From: a virus
Reading direction: 5' to 3' (one strand)
DNA length: 64,000 bases
IMG/VR virus record: IMGVR_UViG_3300031673_016569
Span: 3,185-67,184 of that record
Every line of letters starts with the position of its first letter. Position 1 is the first letter of the stretch. Shown here piece by piece: positions 39,617-49,068 of this stretch. The notes below the pieces were generated by a model. It did not search any database. It was not told the DNA's origin and worked only from the letters and a program-made list of their open reading frames with translations. The position numbers were made by a program, and so were the translations under genes.

Positions 39617-40500
39617 ACCAATCCTAGTGAGTGACCAAGCTCATTGACAATAGCAGTTATTCGTGGAGTAACGCGCCAGCTTTGCCCCTGCTTGTCCGTT
39701 GCGAATCCAGTATACCCGACCGTCGCTTCCAACACTCTTGACGTGTGAAGGGTGTTTGCAAGCGTGATCGGGCCGAAATCGGGATCGCTGCGAAGCGTGT
39801 TCTCAACCGTGGGATCGTATCCCGATGTTTTGACGCCGTTTAACAGCACAATGAGTTCAGGCTTTTTGGCTAACTGCGGCAGTTCAACTATGAACCGATT
39901 CAGCATCTTTAGCCCCAGCATCGAGTACCGATCGGGGCGCACGGGAACCAGAACGTGAGTTGCTGCTTGCAGTGCGCAGATCGTCATGAATGAACTGCTG
40001 GGATTGCAGTCAATACATATCAGGTCCCTTTCCTCTTTAGCGTTTTCGATGAATTTGAGAAAGCGATCCTTAACAGGGTGTAGTACCTTCCCGTCACTAA
40101 TCATTGAGTATTTGACAAGATCAAAGTCGCCAGGAATGAGGAGCAGGTTTATCTCTGGCGTCGTATTGATGAATCGCCGAAGTCGAGCTGATACAGCGTC
40201 CAAGCTCGGGGGCGGTCCAAGGTTGCTGCTGACTTTGAAAATGGAGGGTGCAGCGTTGTCTTCCATGACCGTGAAAACTGTCCGTCCCTCGTTCTTGTAA
40301 TTCTCGTAGTCGGTCTGAGAAATGACCGCTTGTGTGAGATTGAACTGCGGATCAAAATCAACAAGCAAGACGCGCTTTCTTAGATGCGAGTAGAGATGTC
40401 TGAACACATGCGCTGAGATTGTCGTTTTTCCCACCCCTCCTTTCATATTGAGAACAGCCACTACGGGGCAGGGTTTCTTCTTTGGTGATTTAGTTGACAA
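39613..40500 (-). CDS. ParA/MinD-family ATPase
   Basis: NMKGGVGKTT, VLLVDFDPQ.NLT, IDC.PS; TTG start with AGGAGG RBS. Confidence 0.9.
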   Translation of the reverse strand: MSTKSPKKKPCPVVAVLNMKGGVGKTTISAHVFRHLYSHLRKRVLLVDFDPQFNLTQAVISQTDYENYKNEGRTVFTVMEDNAAPSIFKVSSNLGPPPSLDAVSARLRRFINTTPEINLLLIPGDFDLVKYSMISDGKVLHPVKDRFLKFIENAKEERDLICIDCNPSSSFMTICALQAATHVLVPVRPDRYSMLGLKMLNRFIVELPQLAKKPELIVLLNGVKTSGYDPTVENTLRSDPDFGPITLANTLHTSRVLEATVGYTGFATDKQGQSWRVTPRITAIVNELGHSLGLV

Positions 40501-40731
40501 GGCAAGGTCCTCCTTGAGGGGCTCACCGCAATTATGCCGGGGTCGGTACCGCGCCCATTGCACTAACGCGGGGACCTGAATACAAAGCTACTCTCTCAGA
40601 GGGTAAAGGGCAAATAGCGTGGCCTGCCAAATCTGGCAAACCGAGACTGCATTACATGCTCGACAAGACGCGGCACGCCGCGCGGGTGAACTGATGGCGG
40701 CGAAGCCACAGGACGTTCTACCGCAGCCTGA

Positions 40732-41067
40732 TCAGACGATTGGGAAGCCATCCAGCCCGATATAGCGTTTAGGTTTGACCGTCTTGCCTTGTTCCTCCTG
40801 CGTCTTGACGACATGGCAATCGGAATTGATCGCCTGCAGGTTGTTCGGGTGTTCAGTCCTCGCCTTGCTCCAGCCTAGCGCTTGAGCGGTCGCCCGGCTG
40901 ACGATGTGGTCGACCTCGGTCGCGAGCGTAGTGCAGCCCTCCGCCTGGCAATGTCGGCATTGGCACAGGTGGCCGTCGCGCTCGAGCACCAGCTTGCGCA
41001 CCTTGTCCCATTCAGCGCCGTATCCGCGCTTGTGGCGTGACTCAGTGGGCCAGTTAGATCGACTCAT
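40732..41067 (-). CDS. Packaging-associated HNH endonuclease
   Basis: RGYG..W...R..VL.RD..LC, A.EVDHI, NLQ.....CH..KT. Confidence 0.92.
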   Translation of the reverse strand: MSRSNWPTESRHKRGYGAEWDKVRKLVLERDGHLCQCRHCQAEGCTTLATEVDHIVSRATAQALGWSKARTEHPNNLQAINSDCHVVKTQEEQGKTVKPKRYIGLDGFPIV

Positions 41068-41226
41068 CAAAGCGCCAAGAATAAAAAGCCGCGACAGCCC
41101 GGAATCGAGCAGCACGGCGAAGGCCGCCAAGGGGAGGATGGCGGCAATGAAGAATGAGACTTTGGAAATGCAAAAGGCCCGCTTGCGCGAGCCTTGGTCA
41201 CAGTTCTACAACTTAGCTGAGATTGC

Positions 41227-41256
41227 ACTATATTCCGCATCGTTTGCGGAAGTCAA
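41227..41256 (-). promoter_or_regulatory. Putative late promoter with palindromic spacer
   Basis: TTGACT-N18-TATAGT containing TTCCGCA-N5-TGCGGAA; upstream of the HNH gene. Confidence 0.6.
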
Positions 41257-41686
41257 GTTTTCGTCACTCTAGGTAGCGTCTCGATCTAAATTCGAATGTC
41301 GGATTTTGGCCATCAAGAGCGCTGGTAAGTCAGAGGAGTTGCCGCACAGGGCGTTCGGTCTACATTCGACAGCCGACCTTCATGAACGAATACAATATGA
41401 CGGTTGATCGACCACGATGTCGCCGTTGAAACTGCAGCGGATCTACGTCTGCTATGGGTTCTTACTGGGGCAATGGCGAGATGATGTTGCCGAACAGCAG
41501 CTTTGCCCTTAATGCTATGGTAAGAGAGGACCCAAAGCTGGCATTGAGAATCATTCTTTGCACAGCCCTCCATTCCAGCGGGATCCAGCGCTCCGGCCAC
41601 GGTGAAACTAGGCGCTGGAAATTGCTAAACGTCTCGCGCGACGCGGCAGAGGCAACAAAGTAGGCGCCGTTCGAGTTTCGACGAGT

Positions 41687-42001
41687 CTAGTTTGACTTAC
41701 GAGCGGGCGCAGGCATGCTTTGAATGAGAGCGCCGAGCGCGGACCGAAGCCGCGCAAACTCCGGGGAGCTTAGGCGTTGCTCGACAAGTCGGGCCACCTC
41801 TTCCGGAGACATAACCGCCGCTCCCCCCGTGATAGTCATGCAGTGCATGATCACTTCGCCGGGCGGTTCGACCAACCCCTTCTCGTACTTCGATACCAAA
41901 CTCTGTCCCCGCCCGAGCTCCTTGCCGAAATCCGCCTGCGTTAAGCCTCTAAACTTGCGCGCATTGCGCACGATGCTGCGAAGTTCGTTCTTGATTGGCA
42001 T
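41687..42001 (-). CDS. XRE-family HTH regulator (R-M controller-like)
   Basis: R.AR..RGLTQ.DF...LG..QS.VSKYE.G...P; divergent from the MTase gene. Confidence 0.82.
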   Translation of the reverse strand: MPIKNELRSIVRNARKFRGLTQADFGKELGRGQSLVSKYEKGLVEPPGEVIMHCMTITGGAAVMSPEEVARLVEQRLSSPEFARLRSALGALIQSMPAPARKSN

Positions 42002-42078
42002 GACAGAAGGTCGTGGGTCTAGTTTTGTTGATTTCAGCAGCTTAGAATAGTCTTGCAACGCCTATTTTACAAGCGTAA

Positions 42079-42095
42079 TATGCATTTTATGCATA
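42079..42095. promoter_or_regulatory. Putative operator palindrome
   Basis: TATGCAT-TTT-ATGCATA overlapping both candidate MTase start codons. Confidence 0.5.
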
Positions 42096-43078
42096 AACCA
42101 AAAGTAGCAGAGATCTTTTCGGGGGCGGGCCTGTTCGGTGCTGCCTTTAAAGATCTGGGATTTGATACGATCTACGCGGCCGAGCTCAACGCCCGCGCCG
42201 TCGCGTCTTTCAATCGGAACGTGGCACCGGTGGCCGAGGTACGCGATGCCCGTGGCGTGCGTACGGATGTGCGGTGTGACATTCTATTAGCTGGCCCGCC
42301 GTGCCAAGGGTTCAGCACGCAGAGCGCCTGCAACCCGAGCGCGCACGCCGCAACGGCAAGAAAACGAAACAAACTGTCTCTCATAGTTAGCGACTGGGCT
42401 GCCGCCACTCGGGCGAACGTAGTCGTCATAGAAAACGTACCGAAGTTCTTTCAATCTTGGCACTGGTCTCGCCTGCGCCGCGTCATGGAGTTGCTCGGAT
42501 ACGAGTGTGCAGAGTGGATATTGCGTGCTGAACTCTATGGTGCGCCCCAGCTTCGGACGCGAGCGTTCGGCGTCTTCTCGAAGCTCGGATTGCCGCCGGC
42601 GCCGAAGCCCACGTTAAATTCGCCTGCCACCGTGCGGGATGCTTTCAAAGGTCTGCCGGTGGAACCAGACAATTCAGGAATGCACGTCGCTCCTGCGCCA
42701 TCCGCAATAGCGCTATCGCGCTTCAAACACATACCTCAGTGCGGCGACAAGCGCGACGTGATGCGCGGCGCACCGGAGCTTTGCCCCCCATCATGGTTTC
42801 GCATGGGGCAGGAGGCAACGGATGTATGGGGGCGCCTAGACTATGATCAGCCATCGAACACGCTGCGGTGTGATTTCCAGAACGCGTCAAAGGGGCGCTA
42901 CGTGCACCCGACTGCGCATCGCGTCATCACGCTTCGCGAGGGCGCGCGCATACAAGGTGTCCCGGATGTCTGGCGTTTTGAAGGCATGCGAACCCACGTC
43001 GCAGAGCAGATCGGCAACGGGGTGCCGCTCCCGTTAGGCAGAACGGTCGCACGCGCAGTCAAGCGTTTGTTCAGCTAG
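42080..43078 (+). CDS. C5 cytosine DNA methyltransferase
   Basis: FSGAG (I), GPPCQGFS (IV), ENV (VI), PQ.R.R (VIII), R.ITLRE.ARIQ (IX), QIGN.VP (X). Confidence 0.95.
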   Translation: MHFMHKPKVAEIFSGAGLFGAAFKDLGFDTIYAAELNARAVASFNRNVAPVAEVRDARGVRTDVRCDILLAGPPCQGFSTQSACNPSAHAATARKRNKLSLIVSDWAAATRANVVVIENVPKFFQSWHWSRLRRVMELLGYECAEWILRAELYGAPQLRTRAFGVFSKLGLPPAPKPTLNSPATVRDAFKGLPVEPDNSGMHVAPAPSAIALSRFKHIPQCGDKRDVMRGAPELCPPSWFRMGQEATDVWGRLDYDQPSNTLRCDFQNASKGRYVHPTAHRVITLREGARIQGVPDVWRFEGMRTHVAEQIGNGVPLPLGRTVARAVKRLFS

Positions 43079-45272
43079 TTAGACTTCTCCGCGCAGGAAT
43101 ACTGGCCGCCGCATTTGCCGTTGGACGAGCGGGTATCACCGTTTTGAGCGCGCTCTCGTCCGGAAGGTCAGCCTCAAGTGTCTCAATTTCCTCAACGTGA
43201 ACCCGCAATGCGGTTTCCACCAACTGGTTAAGGTCCCGAACCTCCCACATCGTCTGCGGTCCGGCTGTTTCTTCCTCTTTACGTAACTGGTAGACGCCCT
43301 CCGCCATAGACTTTGCACTACCGCGCCGACCGATGAGCGCGCCTCGCACTGTGATCTTCCGACCCAGTTCCGCTTGCAGTTCGTCTGACACGCGGTCCAT
43401 GTAGTACTTTAGCTGGTTCAAATGCTCGAACTCGAGTGCGATGCTTGGACTCTTCAACTCGACTACTACCACGTCGCCGTTTCCTTGCGAGTGCGCTGGT
43501 CCCATGATGAACACCAGGTCCGGACGCTTCTTTTCCCGTTCGGGCTTGGCCCCACCTTCCGGTTCAGCGAACCTATCCACTGCCAACACCTTCGCAAGCC
43601 GTGCGTAGACCTGCGTCAAGTTGTTGTCAGACGCCACATACTTGCCGAACTCCGCACGCAGCAGCCACGGCGCTTTTTTTAGCAGGCCGTGAAGTTCAGC
43701 CTCGATGCCTTTCTTCTCCCAAAGTTGATCGCCTTTCTTAATCAACATCTCAAGCGCGGTGATTCCCGATTTCCGTCCGCGGTAAAGCTTAAGTGCGTCG
43801 CTCTTTTCAATCGTGCCCAGTTCACGTAGCGCATCGGCGACTTGCTGCACCGTCGTTGCGTCGCTTCCGAGTTCGATGAGCCTAATAAGAACGTCGGTCG
43901 CATTCATGCAATCAACCACGAGCGGCGCCATTTCCCGGAATTCGTTGCTGTCCGCGCCGTGGTCTGCGGCTAACCTCTTCAACAACGAGCGAGCGGGCCG
44001 CCTTGTATTTTCCGGCAAATGTTCGATAACGCGAAGCAAACCGGCCCCAGTGGGCGATCGTTTAACCTCGTCCTCGGCCTGCTGGTCGCGAAAATTTGCA
44101 TGGGCAGCGACGGCTAAGCGCATTACCTCGACCACCCGATCAAGGAACAGTTGCACGACTTCGCCCTCTTTCAGTTGACTGCGGTTGGTGTTGATCAAAT
44201 CAATGCCGAGGTGATCGAATGCATCCGCCTTCACGATACATTCCATATAGGAGATGTTGTGGAAACCGTGCATGCCGGTCGGCAGCCCGAACAGACTTGG
44301 CCCGGCCGCCAACCGCCCGGTGCAGTAGATGCGCGCTCCGCGCTTGCCTGCAGCTAAATTGTCGGTTCGCTTGCGGAACATCACGGCGATCTGAAAGTGT
44401 ATGCGGCCGAGCGCATCGAATTCGATGCCATCGTCAGCAAGTTCGCCAGACTTCAGGCCCGCGGGGTAGTAGAACTCGTAGTCCGCTGGCGTCTTGGTTA
44501 CCTGATTGCCGTTGAGATATATGCTGAAGTCTGATGGCAGGATGCCGAAGAAATTCTCCCTTAGCGTTTCCTCGATCGAGGTTCCGCCAAATTTGACCGC
44601 GTCGCACTTTAGACGGGAGAGGCGAACCTCCGTCCAGTGCTGCCCCTTCGGTAAGTCTTCGATGTACTTGGCAGGTATCCGAGCCGTTCCAACGTCCTCC
44701 TTGTCCTTCAGCGCACCGTAGTCCAGCCGGAATTCCGTCGCATAGGTGGTTCCCTTGCGCTTCGTGCGGATCACAACCAGTTCGGCCGCGCCGAAGCCCG
44801 CGAGCTTACCCAGGCCTTTTCTACCCATGACTTGACGCTTGTTGTTCTCCGACTTGTTGATGGTCTCCCTCTTGAGATTTGGATCGAACCGGCGGTTCCG
44901 GTTGAACGGCAGGAATTTCTGTTCGATGTCTTCCGGCGTCATGCCGTGGCCGTCATCGCGGATTGCAACCACGATGTTCGCTGGAAGCGGCGTAGTAAGC
45001 ACGGTAAACGGCTCGGCACCTTTCGCCACAGCTTTCTTAGCGGCCGCGCGAACCGTAACCCGTGATTTCTCGATCTCCTCGAACGGGATGGATACATCGA
45101 CCCTCGAAGCCTCCGCGTCATACGCATTCGCCAGGAATTCGATAAGGCATTTGCCGAGCGTTGAGTACATGTTGATGCCGAGCGCCTCCAGCATTCCGCC
45201 TTGGATCTTAATGCCGAAATCCTTCGGCTTCTCCGCGCTCTTTGGCTTCCGCATCGCGACCTTGTTACTCAC
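43071..45272 (-). CDS. GHKL/MORC ATPase fused to a PD-(D/E)xK nuclease (putative restriction endonuclease)
   Basis: E..ANAYDA, DDGHGM, GRKGLGK; C-terminal RPDLV...VVELK.P. Confidence 0.85.
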   Translation of the reverse strand: MSNKVAMRKPKSAEKPKDFGIKIQGGMLEALGINMYSTLGKCLIEFLANAYDAEASRVDVSIPFEEIEKSRVTVRAAAKKAVAKGAEPFTVLTTPLPANIVVAIRDDGHGMTPEDIEQKFLPFNRNRRFDPNLKRETINKSENNKRQVMGRKGLGKLAGFGAAELVVIRTKRKGTTYATEFRLDYGALKDKEDVGTARIPAKYIEDLPKGQHWTEVRLSRLKCDAVKFGGTSIEETLRENFFGILPSDFSIYLNGNQVTKTPADYEFYYPAGLKSGELADDGIEFDALGRIHFQIAVMFRKRTDNLAAGKRGARIYCTGRLAAGPSLFGLPTGMHGFHNISYMECIVKADAFDHLGIDLINTNRSQLKEGEVVQLFLDRVVEVMRLAVAAHANFRDQQAEDEVKRSPTGAGLLRVIEHLPENTRRPARSLLKRLAADHGADSNEFREMAPLVVDCMNATDVLIRLIELGSDATTVQQVADALRELGTIEKSDALKLYRGRKSGITALEMLIKKGDQLWEKKGIEAELHGLLKKAPWLLRAEFGKYVASDNNLTQVYARLAKVLAVDRFAEPEGGAKPEREKKRPDLVFIMGPAHSQGNGDVVVVELKSPSIALEFEHLNQLKYYMDRVSDELQAELGRKITVRGALIGRRGSAKSMAEGVYQLRKEEETAGPQTMWEVRDLNQLVETALRVHVEEIETLEADLPDESALKTVIPARPTANAAASIPARRSLTS

Positions 45273-45688
45273 TGTTCTCCTCCATCACTAAGGAATCGTT
45301 CGAGCTTGCGTTGTAGCCGGGTGAGATCGCGCGTTTCGCATTCCCATACGACCAGCGCCTTCCAGCCCTCCCGCTTGATCTTACGAAGCGTTCTAGCGTC
45401 TCGAGCCTGGTTGCGCTCGATCTTAGCTGCCCAGTAGTCCGCTCGGGTTTTCGAGGCCGGTTTGCTGCCACATGTATGCCCGTGCCAAAAGCATCCGTGG
45501 ACGAAAACCACCCGTCCAAGGCGAGGGAATACCAAATCCGGGGTACCGGGCAAATCCCGCCGGTGCAGCCTAAAGCGATAGCCTAACCGATGCGCCATGC
45601 AACGGACGATCTTCTCCGGCGCTGTATCCTTGCCACGTATGCGCGACATGATTTTGCTCCGTACGGCTGAGGAGAAGATATCGACCAT
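45269..45688 (-). CDS. vsr: Very short patch repair endonuclease
   Basis: RS.IMSRIR.KDT.PE, LPG.PD, FVHGCFWHGH, VWECE. Confidence 0.95.
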   Translation of the reverse strand: MVDIFSSAVRSKIMSRIRGKDTAPEKIVRCMAHRLGYRFRLHRRDLPGTPDLVFPRLGRVVFVHGCFWHGHTCGSKPASKTRADYWAAKIERNQARDARTLRKIKREGWKALVVWECETRDLTRLQRKLERFLSDGGEQ

Positions 45689-45950
45689 GGACGGAATTTT
45701 GCTCCACTTCTGGACTATCCGTCAGCGGAATAATGGCGACCGGTCGTAAGCTGGCAGGCAAGATGACGCGACCTCGGTTGAATATCGACGTGTGCGTGAC
45801 GTGGCCCGCGTTGGAGTAACGCGGGGATCCACGGATACGCAGGCTATTACACGGCGCCAAGCTTGTCTATAGACTTAGACCGAAAGCAGCGGTGGGGGGC
45901 GAGCCAAACGGCTCTTCCGGGTCGGAGGCCGAAATTCAAACTGAGACACC

Positions 45951-46523
45951 TCACTCGACAATCCCGGCCGCCTTCAGCCGTCCCTCAATGTCATACCGGG
46001 CGCGCTGTTCCTGCGCTTTCAGATAGCCGATAACCCTGCTGGCATGGGCACTCGCCGTGTCCCGGTGCACGCCGGCCGCAGCAGCCGCGTCAATCAGGTT
46101 GCAATGTACGCCGAAATAGCGCCGAACGAGGATATGCCGTAGCTGGAAATTGACCGAGCGGCCGGCCAGCGCTCCAGTGCGCACCAACTCACTGATCTTC
46201 GCGATTGCTAGCAACCATTCCGTGTTGGGTCGAAAGCCAGAGCAGCAGGAATGCCGGCAATCGCAGGGCACCGCCCGGACAGCGAACCGAGCAACGAGTA
46301 TCTGGCCGCGTATCTTGGGATCCAGGGCATCGATCTCGGCGCGGATCATGCCGGAGGTGCCGGCGCCGTCCAGACCGCCCAAACCGTGTCCTGCTGGCTT
46401 CGGGCCGCCCATCATGGTTGCCATTGCGCTCGACTTGTACTGGCCATGCATGAAGTTGAACGCAAAGGAAAGGGCGGCGTTCGTCGATCGGAACAGGGCT
46501 AGCTCTTGGGTTTCATCCTGCAT
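45951..46523 (-). CDS. Putative late-gene regulator (Q-like)
   Basis: F.S...AL.FA, L.GLDGA...G.I, C.C...CC.G, C-terminal HTH; last gene of the early run. Confidence 0.6.
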   Translation of the reverse strand: MQDETQELALFRSTNAALSFAFNFMHGQYKSSAMATMMGGPKPAGHGLGGLDGAGTSGMIRAEIDALDPKIRGQILVARFAVRAVPCDCRHSCCSGFRPNTEWLLAIAKISELVRTGALAGRSVNFQLRHILVRRYFGVHCNLIDAAAAAGVHRDTASAHASRVIGYLKAQEQRARYDIEGRLKAAGIVE

Positions 46524-46710
46524 TCTTTCCCTCCTCGTAATTTCTGCACCGCACCCCGATCCTGCGGCCCTTGCCGCAACTGTCCACACTTTGGCCGGCG
46601 ACGGGAACCCGGATAATCCATCCGCAGCCACGGCAGGTAACGCCTTCGATCCGCTCATAGGCATCGGCGGGGTCGCCCCACATGAACTGCGGAAGGTTCG
46701 CGCTGCTCAT
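46513..46710 (-). CDS. Small Cys-rich protein
   Basis: DPA......C.GC...C......C..Y; overlaps the start of the next gene. Confidence 0.6.
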   Translation of the reverse strand: MSSANLPQFMWGDPADAYERIEGVTCRGCGWIIRVPVAGQSVDSCGKGRRIGVRCRNYEEGKNAG

Positions 46711-46735
46711 GCGGACAGCTCGTGGGAGTCGCGGT

Positions 46736-47002
46736 TCATTGCAGCGTGCCGCCGTGGCGGCCGATTAGGCCGATCAGCACAAATGCGTCGAATTTCGCCG
46801 CCGGGATGCGCAGCTCGCATGTACCCTTGTCCCGGATCGGCAGCGCCGGGATCACCGGGGGCGGCGTCCGGTTTGTCCGGTTTGTCCGTTTCGGACACAT
46901 TCCGGACGCCGGACAAGTACGGGTCGGTCTGTCCGTCCGGTTCCGGTTTTCTTTAGAAACCGGACCGTCGGACACCCGGCGTAGTCCCCGAGTGGCAGTC
47001 AT
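46736..47002 (-). CDS. Hypothetical protein overlapping the iteron cluster
   Basis: ATGA-coupled to the helicase gene; C-terminal L.IP..KFD...LI. Confidence 0.45.
   Translation of the reverse strand: MTATRGLRRVSDGPVSKENRNRTDRPTRTCPASGMCPKRTNRTNRTPPPVIPALPIRDKGTCELRIPAAKFDAFVLIGLIGRHGGTLQ
46866..46973. repeat. GTCCG/CGGAC iteron-like cluster (putative origin)
   Basis: About ten pentamer copies in alternating orientation blocks, around TTTTCTTTAGAAA, just downstream of the helicase gene. Confidence 0.6.
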
Positions 47003-48078
47003 TGGATAGACACCTCGGGCGGGTCAACATCGTTGTGAGCAACCAGCATGCCGATGTCGAACAAGGCGCATATCGCTTCGTAAGCGCGATTCCGGGGCGT
47101 GCCCTCGTCCTTCAGCTTGTGCACTAGTTCGGTCCGCACCATGCGCCCGCCAGCGACCTCTAGGACGCGCAGGACGGTTTTCTGGTGCTTGCCGAGGCCG
47201 GTGCCCTTACGCTGCTGTCTGACTCGTCGGGTTCCGGTTTCGTCGAGGGATTCAACGACGCAGGTCCGCACCGGGTCGCCGTCCGCGTCTATGCCCAGTT
47301 CCACTGTGCGCAGCTTGAAGGCGAAAAGGTCCGCGTAGGCGTCGCCGTCTCTCACCTTGCCGGTTCGCAAGATACGCTGCCCATCGCCGGCCATTTCGAT
47401 GGCGAGCTCGGCATCGAGTGCTCCAAGCAAGGCCGAATGACCGCGCATGCCCTTGGCTTCGTCCTTGCCGCAGTGGTGCACGATAAGGACGGCCGCGCCA
47501 GTTTCGGCGACGATGCGCTTGATGTTCGCTACGTAGGCGCCCATGTCCTCGGATTTGTTCTCGTCACCGCCGCCGAAGGTCACGGCGAGCGTGTCGATGA
47601 CGATAAGTGCGACTTCGCCGCGCTCTTGAGCCAAGTGCTTTGCGGTCTCAATAACGCGCTCCACGTCGCCGCCTTCACCGTGCAGAAGGTTGAGCGCCAG
47701 CGGCACAAAGAGCACCTTAGCTTCGGCCATCGCCGGATATTCGCGTTTGAGTCCTGCAATGCGATTTTCCGCATAGGGACGCGATGACTCGGCCAGGACA
47801 TAGATCACAACTCCGTTTCGCGTCCGTCGGCCGCGCCATCTCTGGCCGCTGCCTACCGCGCAGGCCATCTCCATGACGACAAACGTCTTGCCCGAGCCCG
47901 GGGGTCCCCAGCAAACAATAATTTGGCCACGTCCGAAAAGTCCTTTTACGACGTACGGAAGCTCAAGAGTGAACGTGGCGTCTCGGACCCAAAAGGCATG
48001 TTCGAGCAGATGGCCTACGCCTTTGGGCACGTAGTCGGGCGCGGCCTCGACTACATTCTTGACGGCGGTGGCTGTCAT
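46999..48078 (-). CDS. AAA_25/RepA-family helicase
   Basis: GPPGSGKT, LIVIDTL, GGDEN, VHH.GKD..KG.RG.SAL. Confidence 0.9.
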   Translation of the reverse strand: MTATAVKNVVEAAPDYVPKGVGHLLEHAFWVRDATFTLELPYVVKGLFGRGQIIVCWGPPGSGKTFVVMEMACAVGSGQRWRGRRTRNGVVIYVLAESSRPYAENRIAGLKREYPAMAEAKVLFVPLALNLLHGEGGDVERVIETAKHLAQERGEVALIVIDTLAVTFGGGDENKSEDMGAYVANIKRIVAETGAAVLIVHHCGKDEAKGMRGHSALLGALDAELAIEMAGDGQRILRTGKVRDGDAYADLFAFKLRTVELGIDADGDPVRTCVVESLDETGTRRVRQQRKGTGLGKHQKTVLRVLEVAGGRMVRTELVHKLKDEGTPRNRAYEAICALFDIGMLVAHNDVDPPEVSIQ

Positions 48079-48935
48079 GCCGCTCTGCGCGCGTAGTCGT
48101 TGAGATCCTCGCCCGGGATCGGGGATTTGGCGATGCGCACTTTGCAGCCCGCGCGATACCAGCGCTCAGCGCATTGTTCGGCGGCTCGCAGTCCTGCGTC
48201 ATCATGGTCGGCCACGATGAGCAGCGATTCGATACCAGCGAGTACGGGTAACGCCGCCAGGTTGCCGGCGTCGATCGCCGACCATACCGGCGTGAAGACC
48301 TCGGCAACGGTAAGGGCGGTCTCTATACCCTCAGCGATTGCAAGCCCGGTCATAACGGCGTCGTCAGGCCACAAGCGGATGACGCCGCCTTGCTTCCGAT
48401 GCTTGCCCAGGAGCAGCCGCGGCGGGTCAACGTCCGCTTTGCTTCCATCGGGCCGGATCCAAGTCCGATGCAGGGTCAACGGCTCGCGTGTGACAGCATC
48501 GGTTACAAGCGCGACGAGCGCCGGGCCGATGTATCCGGATGGATGCTGCAGAGATTCGGTGTAACGTAGGTCGCCATCTGCGGGCGGTAGTGCACACGAG
48601 CGCGCTTGCAAGTACGCTTCAGCAGTGCCGCGTATCGGTGCGAGCGTCCGCCACAATGCGAGCCAATTCGAGGCCAGCGCCAAGTGTCGATCGGGTCTTG
48701 TCGGCGGTAGAGTAGCCCCTGAGCGTGCGTTTTGTCGATCAGCACGCCATCCGCCAGCCGTTCCGCAGCGGAAGCAGTGCCACACGCCGCCAACGTGGTC
48801 GACCGTCACACCCAGCGTTTTGTCGGATGGGCGTTTGGCGCACTCAGAGCAAGGCACGCGGTGTTCGCCGATCGGAAGATCTTGCAAGGTCAGCGCCATC
48901 CCGCTTTTGCAGTGGACGCGGGCGTCGGCGCTCAT
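48075..48935 (-). CDS. Zn-finger and Toprim primase
   Basis: C..C...WHCFRC, YL..R, LHRT, AEGIET, ADHD.AG. Confidence 0.88.
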   Translation of the reverse strand: MSADARVHCKSGMALTLQDLPIGEHRVPCSECAKRPSDKTLGVTVDHVGGVWHCFRCGTAGGWRADRQNARSGATLPPTRPDRHLALASNWLALWRTLAPIRGTAEAYLQARSCALPPADGDLRYTESLQHPSGYIGPALVALVTDAVTREPLTLHRTWIRPDGSKADVDPPRLLLGKHRKQGGVIRLWPDDAVMTGLAIAEGIETALTVAEVFTPVWSAIDAGNLAALPVLAGIESLLIVADHDDAGLRAAEQCAERWYRAGCKVRIAKSPIPGEDLNDYARRAA

Positions 48936-49068
48936 GCGGATTGCTCCGCGCATTCGCTCTTGATCTCAGCCAGCCACGCCTCACAGCGCGCGAAGTGTTT
49001 GTCCGGATTGCTCTGCTCATTCGTTCCAACTTCGGTCACCTGCCCGTGACCGTTCTCCCGTCTGGGCC

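Noticed and set aside
35866-40500. ParA plus ParB as a plasmid-prophage partition system
   Set aside because: Opposite strands, separate cassettes of different composition, no parS array seen, and the element is integrated.
41687-42001. XRE protein as the prophage CI repressor
   Set aside because: No peptidase domain, far from the early genes and divergent from the MTase, so a controller role fits better; not fully excluded.
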